Shown here piece after piece: positions 56,026-64,000 of a DNA stretch of 64,000 nucleotides. The position numbers and the translations under genes were made by a program. Numbering within the stretch: the stretch's first letter is position 1; the number at the start of each line of letters is the position of its first letter. This stretch comes from Chloroflexia bacterium (GTDB lineage: Bacteria; Chloroflexota; Chloroflexia; QHBQ01; JADMIH01): positions 4,295-68,294 of the forward strand of contig DATINP010000044.1 in NCBI GenBank assembly GCA_035474135.1, given 5' to 3'. Under the pieces are notes generated by a model that worked only from the letters and a program-made list of their open reading frames with translations, ran no database searches and was not told the DNA's origin.

Positions 56026-57220
56026 CTAGAGCGTGTTATGAACTATGAGCAATGAAATGGGCGAGTTGAACGAAACGAGCAGCCGTCAGAATAGCGAAGG
56101 CAACCAAATCAACCCTGCCAGCGTTTCGGGCAACCGCTCGTAGTCACGCTCCAGCCGCCGAAAGCGTGCCGCCCACGCGAAACTGCGCTCTGCCACCCAC
56201 CTACGGGGCAGCAGCACGAACCCTCTCTTTGCCCCGCCGGCTATCCGGCCCCGGCCAGGTGCTCCAGCCGGGAAACCATCATGTGATCGAGATCCGTCGG
56301 GTAGACCACGCCGTGGGCCTGGGCTAGCTCAGACGCCAATTCCCGGTAGAAGTCGACGATGAGACCGGCTGCCTTAAGCATGGCGCTTCGTTCCAACGGA
56401 CACAAGGTCGATGCCAACGGCGCCAGTTGACTGACGGGAAGTGCGTATTCCACCTTTTCATAACCATCGAGCGCCGCCGCGGGGTTGTGACGCAGGCGAG
56501 CCAGATCCACACAGGTGCGCCGCATTTCATCCAGATATCCGTAGGCGCCCCATAGTTCGCCGCGGGCCAACGGTGTGATGAAATGGTGGGACAGGTCATG
56601 CCAGAACCAGTAGATCTGGCGGTGTACCGTCGCGCGCTGCGCCGCGGGGTCCACGGTGGGCTCGGGGAACACGGCGCTCGCCAGTATACCCTGCTTGTCC
56701 AGCAGGACCCGATACGGGCCGGTATGGATATGCGCGAAGTGGCTCTCCTGGCCCAGCGCAAGCTCGCCCTCAACCCCATCGGGAAAGATGAAGAAAAGCA
56801 CATCGGCGCCGGAACCGTTCCAGTCTTCCAGGAACAGTGGGACGCCCAGCACGCGGATAAAAGCCTCGCGCTCGGCGAAGAAGTCGGCATAGGCCGCGTC
56901 GGTGGTGATCAGGCCGAGATCCAGGTCTGAGTAGGCGTCGGCCGTGCCCCGCGCATAGGAGCCACCAAGAAAGGCCGCCACCACTCGCGCATCGGCCCGG
57001 CACGCGGCGACAAAGCGATTCAGGACCTCCTGGTAGTTCGGCGGCAGGGCTGCTTCGGGTGCATCCATGATATGGGTTCTCCTCTGGCTATTCTTTAGTC
57101 GCCGTGCCGCCGGCAAAGGCATCTCGCTCCGTGGCTATGCTTTCGACACTTTCATTGTAATGGCTGGGCGTTTCGTTCAACTTGCTCGCCTACTTGCCGA
57201 ATGTTCATAACACGCTCTAG
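56026..57220. mobile_element. inverted-repeat-flanked cassette (non-autonomous) carrying a nucleotidyltransferase gene
   Basis: Perfect 18-bp terminal inverted repeats CTAGAGCGTGTTATGAAC (56026-56043) and GTTCATAACACGCTCTAG (57203-57220), extended imperfectly to about 50 bp (shared GGCGAG..TTGAACGAAACG); no transposase inside. Confidence 0.45.
56241..57068 (-). CDS. nucleotidyltransferase (Pol-beta superfamily; ANT/Lnu-like)
   Basis: [21 protein letters not shown] nucleotidyltransferase motif; start at MDAPEAAL. Confidence 0.6.
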   Translation of the reverse strand: MDAPEAALPPNYQEVLNRFVAACRADARVVAAFLGGSYARGTADAYSDLDLGLITTDAAYADFFAEREAFIRVLGVPLFLEDWNGSGADVLFFIFPDGVEGELALGQESHFAHIHTGPYRVLLDKQGILASAVFPEPTVDPAAQRATVHRQIYWFWHDLSHHFITPLARGELWGAYGYLDEMRRTCVDLARLRHNPAAALDGYEKVEYALPVSQLAPLASTLCPLERSAMLKAAGLIVDFYRELASELAQAHGVVYPTDLDHMMVSRLEHLAGAG

Positions 57221-58770
57221 GGCTCGTTGTCCTTGGGTTGCACGAACGTGCCGTCTTTGTAGATCAGCCTGTGCCGGGATGTCGGGTGAGCACGCTGTTG
57301 TTCGGCGTGTCGTTCGCGCTGGGCGCGGCTGCTGCGGAGCAGTTGCTTGATGAAGCGCTGCGCCCAGGGGGTCACGTCGTATTCCCTCAGCCTGTTCTGC
57401 ATCGACCTGTTGCGGCGAATCTGCTCACTGGTGGGCGTTTCCAGCGCGGTAAGCAGGGCTTCGGCGATTTCCTCTTTGCTGTTGGGGTTGATCTGCACTG
57501 CCTCGGTTAATTCGTTAGCCGCGCCCGCGAAGATGCTAAGGACGAGCACACCCGTGCTGTCGGTACGGCAGGCGAGATACTCTTTCGAGATCAGGTTCAT
57601 GCCGTCGCGCAGGGGAGTGACCAGCGCCACGTCGCCCATGCTGTACAGGGTCACAAGAGGCACGAGCGGGATGAAGGCGTACTGGTATCGTATGGGTACC
57701 CAGCCGATGTTGCCGAATTCGCCGTTGATCTGGCCCACCATAGTCTCGATCTGCGTCTTAGTCTCAGAATAGTGTTGCACACCTACTCTGGAAGGGGTCA
57801 CCACCAGCGCAAGCACTACCTTCTCATGCCAGTTGGGGTTCTGCTCCAGAAACAACTCGTACCCGCGCAGACGGTTGACTATGCCCTTGGTGTAATCGAG
57901 CCTGTCTATGGAGAGGACGAGCCTGCAGCCTTGCAGGGTGCTCTTGAGGTCGGCCTTGGCCCGCTGCACTTCGTCGCTAACGGCGGCCTGGGCGTACTTC
58001 TCGTAGTCGATGCCCATCGGGTAGGTGCCCGCGCTCACGATGCGGTCGCCCACGCTGATACCCGCTTCTGAGTGCTTGTATCCGAGCATGCGCGTCACGG
58101 TATCGATGAAGTGGTCGGTGTAGTCTTTCGAGTGGAAACCGACCACGTCCGATCCCAGCAGGCCGTTGAGTATCTGTTGTCCCCAGGTGCGGGGCATCAT
58201 CCTGAAAAGCTCGTAGCCGGGGAAGGGGATGTGGAGGAAGAAGCCGATGGGCGTATCGGGTAGTTGCTCACGCAGGAGGCCGGGCAACAGCATCAGGTGG
58301 TAATCGTGCACCCACACGATGTCGCCCGGCTTTACGACCTTCATGACCGCGTCGCAGAACTGGCGGTTCACCTCTTTGTAGACAGACCAATACTCCTCGT
58401 CGTAGGCCACATAGGCCTGAAAATAGTGGAATAGAGGCCAGATGGTCCTGTTGCAAAAGCCCTGGTAGAACTGGTTCATCTCCTCGTCAGTGAGGTAGAC
58501 GGGGTGGGCGTTAAAGCGCGTCTCTGCAACGCTTTCCAGTTCCCCCCGCAACTCGGACGGCACCGAAATGCCGGGCCACCCGATCCAGGCATAGCTGTAT
58601 GTGCGGCGCGATCCGAGCGTGGCGAGCCAGGCACTTAATCCCGAAACCAATCCGCCCCCGCTCTGCTCGAAACTGAGCACATCACCATCTCTGCTTACCG
58701 TGAAAGGCAGCCTGTTGGACACTATGATGACCCGTTGTTCGGCGGGTTGTTGCTCGGGTTGAGCAGGCAT
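57217..58770 (-). CDS. otsA: alpha,alpha-trehalose-phosphate synthase
   Basis: GT20 OtsA signatures (VVSNRLP, IWPLFHY, VWVHDYHLMLLP, GFFLHIPFP). Confidence 0.9.
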   Translation of the reverse strand: MPAQPEQQPAEQRVIIVSNRLPFTVSRDGDVLSFEQSGGGLVSGLSAWLATLGSRRTYSYAWIGWPGISVPSELRGELESVAETRFNAHPVYLTDEEMNQFYQGFCNRTIWPLFHYFQAYVAYDEEYWSVYKEVNRQFCDAVMKVVKPGDIVWVHDYHLMLLPGLLREQLPDTPIGFFLHIPFPGYELFRMMPRTWGQQILNGLLGSDVVGFHSKDYTDHFIDTVTRMLGYKHSEAGISVGDRIVSAGTYPMGIDYEKYAQAAVSDEVQRAKADLKSTLQGCRLVLSIDRLDYTKGIVNRLRGYELFLEQNPNWHEKVVLALVVTPSRVGVQHYSETKTQIETMVGQINGEFGNIGWVPIRYQYAFIPLVPLVTLYSMGDVALVTPLRDGMNLISKEYLACRTDSTGVLVLSIFAGAANELTEAVQINPNSKEEIAEALLTALETPTSEQIRRNRSMQNRLREYDVTPWAQRFIKQLLRSSRAQRERHAEQQRAHPTSRHRLIYKDGTFVQPKDNEP

Positions 58771-58789
58771 TTGGTTGCTCCGAGGGGCG

Positions 58790-58880
58790 TAGGTCGTGCG
58801 TCATGAGTAATTCTCTTTTGTCGCGACAAAAGAGCGCCTAGCTTATACAGAACAAGTTCTCATGACATATGACGTATGGC
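58790..58880. repeat. composite: GACGCAT-type units flanking a perfect 22-bp palindrome CTCTTTTGTCGCGACAAAAGAG
   Basis: Palindrome at 58813-58834; flanks cgtcatgag ... ctcatgacatatgacgtatg. Confidence 0.85.
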
Positions 58881-58887
58881 CGCGCAC

Positions 58888-61392
58888 TCACGGCCCGTAA
58901 ATCTGCCGGTATAGCTGTGTACCTAGAAGGCCGAGTTGTACCTCGAAGGGGGTGCCTGCCTGCTCCGGGTGTAGCTCAAAGCGATTGCGCTCGAAGTATT
59001 GCACGGTGTAGTCTTTGCCGTCTATGGGGTTGGTCTCGGTGCGTTCCTCGGTTATGGGGTAGCCGAACACCGGCAGGCCGCCGGTGGCGTTCCAGTATGC
59101 GAGGAAGGTGGGTGACACGTTATGTCCGGTCTCGGTGAAGAAGGTGTAGCCCTCTTTCTGCTGGGCCGGCGGCTCAGGTTCCTGCACGAGCGCGCCCAGC
59201 CTACCCAGCACCACCTGGTTGCCTGTTGATGGGTGCTGCTCGAAACGCGCCCGCTCGAAGTACTGGGCGGTATATGTCTCGCCTGTGTCCTTGTTTGTCT
59301 CCTGCACGAGGTCAGAGATAGGGTAACCAAACAAGCCCAACGCGCCGTTATCCTGCCAGTACTTCAGGAAGGGCTGGCTCACGAAGTAACCCGTTTCGGG
59401 AAAGTAGACGTGGTCAGCATCGGGCGCTATGGCCGAGAAGGTCCACTGCGACGAATGTGTGCTCGAGTCAGCCCTCACGAGGTCGAGGCGCAGGGTATGT
59501 GGTCCGGCAGCGACGGCGGGCGATGTGGCGCTGGCCCTGAACCTGTTCTCGGCATCGCTCACGGGCGCTATCTGTGTGTCCAGCGCCTTGCCGTCGAGCA
59601 TGATGGTGGCGCTAAGGGGAGATTGCGTGTCGGTAATGTCCACGCTCACCGCGACCTCACCCGCACCGGCCTGCACCAGGCCACCGGGAGAGGGGCGCAT
59701 GCGGGCGGTGTCCACGGGCGCGGCGGGTGGTGGCTGTGAGGTGGGTTGTGCGCCTGCCACAAGGGTGGGAGTGGGCGCAACAGCACGCGAATCGACGTTG
59801 AACCTCCACTGGGTACTCTTACGATCGCCGCTTTCTGTGACCGCGTTGATGCGGGCGGTGTGCGCGCCCAACGTCAGCCCGGTTACGTTCGCGGTGGCGG
59901 TCTGGGTCATGGGCGATGCACCGCTCAGTGTGGTTTCGAGCACGTTGCCGTCGAGGGTAATAGTGGCGCTGACGACGGGGCTGTTGGATGCGATCTGCAC
60001 GCTGATCGTCTGTGCGCCCAGCCCAATTATGTCTCCGTCGGCTGGGGTGAAGTTGTTGAAGGTGATAACCGCCTCGGGCGCGGTGGGTGGCTCCTGTAGG
60101 TCTACGGGGTCGGTGTGCAGAGCGATATTGCCCAGAATTGCCATACCGGCCAGCACAAGCACGACGGGTATGAGCGACGCCAACCAGCCGACCCAGCTTG
60201 CTCGTTTCTCGCCGGAGGCGGGGCCAAGCGCCTCCTCTACCTGGAACTGGCGGCCCGTATCCTCGAATAGCTGGAGTCGGGTGGGATTTATACTGCCCAC
60301 GAGGGTCTTATCATCTATCACCGCGATGTTCGGTACGTCGCCGGACGGCAGAGCGCTGCTCGCCATGTGCTTTTGTGCAACAGCCAGCACGTCCACCAGC
60401 GGTGTGTTGGGGCCAACCGAGTCGAGCGCATTGACAGGGGTGGTTATTGAGCGAACGGGAGTAGTGGGCCAGTTGCCTTGCAAGAGGGCATCGGTGGCGG
60501 CCAGTGTGGTAACGCCGTTGAGGTTCCCCTTGGTGTCCACAACAGCGAGGGGAGTATTGGGTGGGAAGCGTGGGTGGGCCTTGACCATCTGGGCTACAGT
60601 TTGCGACTCGTCGACAATATCGTCGGGCCTGCTGGTTTCCATCAGGTCGGTGGCTTTCAGTTGTAAGAATAGTTCGCGGAGGGCTTTGCGCTGGGTGCCG
60701 GCGGTGGCGGCTTCATTGGCGGCCCACGCTGCCACCACGAGGGCCAAGGCTTGCAGCCACACGTTGCTGGTGAGGCCGCGCCATGCCCCTGCAAGCACGA
60801 GCAGGAGAGTAGCGATCCTGCCTATAGACTGAGCGGCGCTCAACGCGGCTTCGCGGTCGTTCGAGAAGAAGTAGAGGGCCGCAGACAACGCCATGCCGCC
60901 ATCGAAGGGGCTGCCAGGTATGAGGTTGATCAGGCCCACCCAGATGTTGAGCCAGCCCAGTGGCACAAGCACGGCGGCCAGCCAGGCAAGCGCGTTGCCG
61001 GGACTCATGAGGGCGTTGCCCCCCAGCACGAGTATTCCACCCAATGCAAGGTTGAATATGGGCGCGGCCAGGGCCGCTACGATGGCGCGTACCAGCGTTA
61101 TGTCTTGCATCCTGAAGGAGGGTGCCGCGCCGAAGGGGAAGAAGGTTACATGGTGGGGAGATGTAGGGGCTATCAGTTCGTGTATAAACTCATGCGCGAT
61201 GACGCAGACCACGTAGAGCAAGACCACGATCACGGCAACCAGCCAGTAGAAATTGGATGCCCAACTGGGGAAGTTTTCGGGCAGCCAGAGCAGCGCCACC
61301 CACCATAGCACCAGTATGGAAGCAAAAATCCAGGTGTAGTGCAGACTGATTGTTAACGGTCCGATTCGTCCTAGCCTTAGCCCCGGTCGCAT
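58888..61392 (-). CDS. site-2 protease (M50) family metalloprotease with CBS pair and C-terminal Ig-like / LGFP-type repeats
   Basis: HEFIHEL HExxH in TM3, second zinc site PFDGG, CBS region, repeated GYP...QYFER LGFP-like units. Confidence 0.7.
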   Translation of the reverse strand: MRPGLRLGRIGPLTISLHYTWIFASILVLWWVALLWLPENFPSWASNFYWLVAVIVVLLYVVCVIAHEFIHELIAPTSPHHVTFFPFGAAPSFRMQDITLVRAIVAALAAPIFNLALGGILVLGGNALMSPGNALAWLAAVLVPLGWLNIWVGLINLIPGSPFDGGMALSAALYFFSNDREAALSAAQSIGRIATLLLVLAGAWRGLTSNVWLQALALVVAAWAANEAATAGTQRKALRELFLQLKATDLMETSRPDDIVDESQTVAQMVKAHPRFPPNTPLAVVDTKGNLNGVTTLAATDALLQGNWPTTPVRSITTPVNALDSVGPNTPLVDVLAVAQKHMASSALPSGDVPNIAVIDDKTLVGSINPTRLQLFEDTGRQFQVEEALGPASGEKRASWVGWLASLIPVVLVLAGMAILGNIALHTDPVDLQEPPTAPEAVITFNNFTPADGDIIGLGAQTISVQIASNSPVVSATITLDGNVLETTLSGASPMTQTATANVTGLTLGAHTARINAVTESGDRKSTQWRFNVDSRAVAPTPTLVAGAQPTSQPPPAAPVDTARMRPSPGGLVQAGAGEVAVSVDITDTQSPLSATIMLDGKALDTQIAPVSDAENRFRASATSPAVAAGPHTLRLDLVRADSSTHSSQWTFSAIAPDADHVYFPETGYFVSQPFLKYWQDNGALGLFGYPISDLVQETNKDTGETYTAQYFERARFEQHPSTGNQVVLGRLGALVQEPEPPAQQKEGYTFFTETGHNVSPTFLAYWNATGGLPVFGYPITEERTETNPIDGKDYTVQYFERNRFELHPEQAGTPFEVQLGLLGTQLYRQIYGP

Positions 61393-61406
61393 TTGTTAGT
61401 CCTCCC

Positions 61407-61475
61407 GTGTGAGTGAGTCGTAGATCTTCGATCGCAGATCGTAAGTCATGAGTGATGAGTGGCGAGTGATACGCC
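61407..61475. repeat. composite: GAGTGAT-type units plus GATCT palindromic stretch
   Basis: gtgtgagtgagtcgtagatcttcgatcgcagatcgtaagtcatgagtgatgagtggcgagtgatacgcc. Confidence 0.65.
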
Positions 61476-61689
61476 ATTCAATGAAGCGCTTCCGCTGTAT
61501 AGCGCCTTGCACGTTGCGTGCCAGTCAGTGGTACCATTATAACCGTAACGGGGATTATGACCAGAAAAGTAGGCGGGCTTCTATATGTGTCGTGCGACGA
61601 TTGGGACCATTTAGTCTTGATGAAAAAGCTATAACTGATACCTGGTTGGCATATTACTTACTAATCAGAACACCGAAGAGAGGGTAACG

Positions 61690-62175
61690 ATGATGTCTAT
61701 TCGTATTGGGAAGCCAAAACGCGCCCTGAGGTTCGCGCTGCGATTGCCTATTTCCCTGTATCACGCGGGGTTGGGCTTTCTACTTGACCACCGCTTTTTG
61801 CTCTTGACGCACCGGGGGCGCAAGTCGGGGAAACTTTATGAGACCGTACTAGAGGTGGTTGTGTACGACCGCGCCACGAACACCGGCTACGTGGTATCCG
61901 GTTGGGGGAACAAGGCCGACTGGTATCGTAATCTTGAGGTTGAGTCTGCGGTTCGGGTTCAGATGGGGCGGCAGGACTACGCGCCTGTACACCACTTCCT
62001 CACGCAGGAGGAGGCTGTGAGGGTGTGGACATCATTCCGCCACAAGCACCCCGTCGAGGAGCGCCTGGCGCTACGTCTCTTTTCACGCCCCGGCAGGACG
62101 TACAAGAACGCGGCCGATCGCCGCAAGGAGTTCCTGAGCGACGTGCTGATGGTGTCGTTCCGGCCCAAGGGGTGA
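61690..62175 (+). CDS. deazaflavin (F420)-dependent nitroreductase-family oxidoreductase (second paralog)
   Basis: THRGRKSGKLYETVL and ADWYRNL motifs of the Ddn/DUF385 family. Confidence 0.7.
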   Translation: MMSIRIGKPKRALRFALRLPISLYHAGLGFLLDHRFLLLTHRGRKSGKLYETVLEVVVYDRATNTGYVVSGWGNKADWYRNLEVESAVRVQMGRQDYAPVHHFLTQEEAVRVWTSFRHKHPVEERLALRLFSRPGRTYKNAADRRKEFLSDVLMVSFRPKG

Positions 62176-62243
62176 GCGGCATATTATTGCGTGCTGGTAG
62201 TGCCCCGACCCTTGGACAGAGGAGATCCTCTGTCAACCAATCC

Positions 62244-62280
62244 TAATACGCAAAAAAAGAACCCTGCTCAATAGCGGGGT
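62244..62280 (-). terminator. rho-independent terminator for csbD (bidirectional with upstream gene)
   Basis: Minus strand reads AGAACCCCGC-loop-AGGGTTCTTTTTTT; a 9-bp palindrome GACAGAGGAGATCCTCTGTC lies just upstream at 62210-62233. Confidence 0.55.
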
Positions 62281-62310
62281 TCTTCTCAAGTGTGTAGAAT
62301 TGGAGTAATT

Positions 62311-62532
62311 CTAGTTTGTTGCGTCGTCAATCGCGTTCTCGACGTTCCTCTTGGCATGGCCGAGTGCGCCCTCAACGTTGCCTTTGGCCTCGTTGAAATG
62401 CCCTGCTGCTTGCTTGCCCTCGCCTCTGGCCTCCTGGTCAACGTCGCCTGTTGCGCGGCCCACTTCTTCCTCGGCCTTACCGGCTGCCTGCTGAGCCTTG
62501 CCCTTCAGCTTGTCACCTAATCCGTCGGTCAT
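62311..62532 (-). CDS. CsbD-family general stress protein
   Basis: Lys/Gly/Ala/Glu-rich CsbD repeats (KGKAQQAAGKAEE...). Confidence 0.7.
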   Translation of the reverse strand: MTDGLGDKLKGKAQQAAGKAEEEVGRATGDVDQEARGEGKQAAGHFNEAKGNVEGALGHAKRNVENAIDDATN

Positions 62533-62863
62533 TGTTTTTCTCCTTTTGGTGATATGTCAGGCTAATACGTTAATCGCCGATCGACGGCTGTCGATCTGAA
62601 CTACGATACGGACAGGAAGCAACTTCCGTGCCTCGGCTTTGTGCGCGGCAAGCAATTCCTGCGTGTGGGACTATTGTCAACCCCCACAATAGGCCAAATG
62701 GGTCTATTCAAATGCGCCTGCCTGGGAGTATTATGCCTGCAAGGTGTCATAGTGACCCCTCTTTGATGCGTGTCATATACAGCGTGACCCATGTCTATGA
62801 CAACCGGATGTGTGCAAAGTTTCTAAACATTATACGTTCGAGCCTTCTTTGCGAATGTTTCAG

Positions 62864-64000
62864 ATGACTCTACAAAAGAAAACGCTACTTATTATCGCCC
62901 TAACCCTCGGCGTTCCGATCCTGGTCCTCTATTTTACTTCCCAGGCAATCGTGTTAGGGCGCTTTTCGAGCATCGAAAACGACGAGGCCGTCCAGAACAT
63001 CCAGCGCGTGCAAAGCGCCCTGGACGATGACCTGACCGCGTTGGAGAGCACTACCCGCGATTGGTCGATGTGGGATGACACTTTCCAGTTCATTGCCGAC
63101 CGCAACCAGGACTACATCGAGTCGAACCTTACTGGCTCCCTCGCAATGGACAATAATCGTCTGGACGTCATGCTCTTCTACGACGCACAGGGTAACGAGG
63201 TCTTTGCGAAAGCATCGGATTACCAGGGTGGGTCACAGACGCCTCAACCCACAAGCCTGCTGAGTCGGATTGGGCCGGACAGCCCCCTCTTGCAGCACAC
63301 GTCAGCCGCCAGTAGCATCAAAGGCCTGATTTCTCTGCCCGAAGGTGCTATGCTGCTTGCCTCGGAGCCGATCATGCACAGTTCGGGCGAGGGCGAAATA
63401 GGCGGCACACTTATCTTCGGGCGCTTTCTAAATACAGATGCCATCGAGCATCTGGCCAAGACCACCCTGATTGGTCTGTCACTTACGCCCCTCTCCTCTC
63501 TGTCAGCGAGCGAGGACCCTGAGGGTCCTGTACCCCAGCTGTCTGTGGAAGCGCCTATGCAACTCATAGCAAGAAGTGATGATAAGCTGGACGGCTACTA
63601 TTTACTCACCGACGTGTTAGGGAATCCGGCACTGGTACTTGAGGCCGAAATGCCTCGAGTGGTCTATAACAAGGGCGTGCAAAATCTGTACTCGTACTTG
63701 CTGATCCTGCTGACTGTAGGGATCTTGCTGGGAGTGGTCATGACGCTCCTTATGAAGCGGCTGGTGCTGTCCAGACTGGCGCTGCTCAGGCACGAAATGG
63801 GCAAAATCAGCCTCAGCAGCGACATATCCCACAGGGTCAACATGCCGGGCAAGGACGAGTTTTCCGACCTGTCTATATCAATCAACGATATGCTGGCGGC
63901 ACTGCATCGCTCGCGCGAGGAACAGTGGGAGAGCGAACAGCGCTACAAGGCAGTGGTCGAACAAACGCGAGAGGCAATCTTCCTCGTTGACGCGGTAACA
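62864..64000 (+). CDS. sensor signalling protein, N-terminal CHASE4-like periplasmic domain plus HAMP/PAS (3'-truncated by window end)
   Basis: TM1, periplasmic domain (DWSMWDDTFQFI...), TM2, HAMP-like linker, start of PAS (EQRYKAVVEQTREAIFLVD); open to end of window. Confidence 0.6.
   Translation, partial: MTLQKKTLLIIALTLGVPILVLYFTSQAIVLGRFSSIENDEAVQNIQRVQSALDDDLTALESTTRDWSMWDDTFQFIADRNQDYIESNLTGSLAMDNNRLDVMLFYDAQGNEVFAKASDYQGGSQTPQPTSLLSRIGPDSPLLQHTSAASSIKGLISLPEGAMLLASEPIMHSSGEGEIGGTLIFGRFLNTDAIEHLAKTTLIGLSLTPLSSLSASEDPEGPVPQLSVEAPMQLIARSDDKLDGYYLLTDVLGNPALVLEAEMPRVVYNKGVQNLYSYLLILLTVGILLGVVMTLLMKRLVLSRLALLRHEMGKISLSSDISHRVNMPGKDEFSDLSISINDMLAALHRSREEQWESEQRYKAVVEQTREAIFLVDAVT

Overview
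High-GC bacterial chromosomal segment (about 60-65% GC, estimated by eye). Gene content and style (three-domain NirK, F420/Ddn-like enzymes, WGR-PARP homolog) suggest a Chloroflexota- or Actinobacteria-like organism, but that is inference only. The window opens with a complete eight-gene shikimate/aromatic operon (aroF-tyrA-aroA-aroE-aroC-aroK-aroB-aroQ), followed by cydAB. Next comes an 8.5-kb segment that looks like a plasmid-type replication and partition module (ParB, DinD, HTH-ParA, tandem winged-helix Rep-like protein, Phd antitoxin, and two textbook sigma70 promoters, one of which with a strong terminator defines a roughly 90-nt sRNA). Further along are a molybdoenzyme / FeS / Rieske cluster and an NO-metabolism cluster (NnrS, NirK, hemerythrin-DUF2249, DUF59, DUF1858, Crp/Fnr). 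Then come an ECF sigma / anti-sigma pair, a bacterial WGR-PARP homolog, MOSC, a deoxynucleoside kinase, an AT-rich islet, a cytochrome b / sulfite-oxidase fusion, acetolactate synthase, an aconitase-family gene, an inverted-repeat-flanked nucleotidyltransferase cassette, otsA, an M50 protease, and a partial CHASE4-like sensor. The most unusual signal is not a gene. Nearly every intergenic gap outside the replication segment carries composite palindromic elements built from tandem heptanucleotide units (GACGCAT, GGACGAC/GTCGTCC, GGGGTTA, GAGTTCT, GATCTAA, GTGACCA, CTTCGTG), often next to a 16-22 bp perfect palindrome TTTTGTCGCGACAAAA. The same GGACGAC hairpin element also sits in-frame inside aroB and spans the aroC/aroK junction, contributing residues to both proteins. 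No rRNA, tRNA or CRISPR was found.
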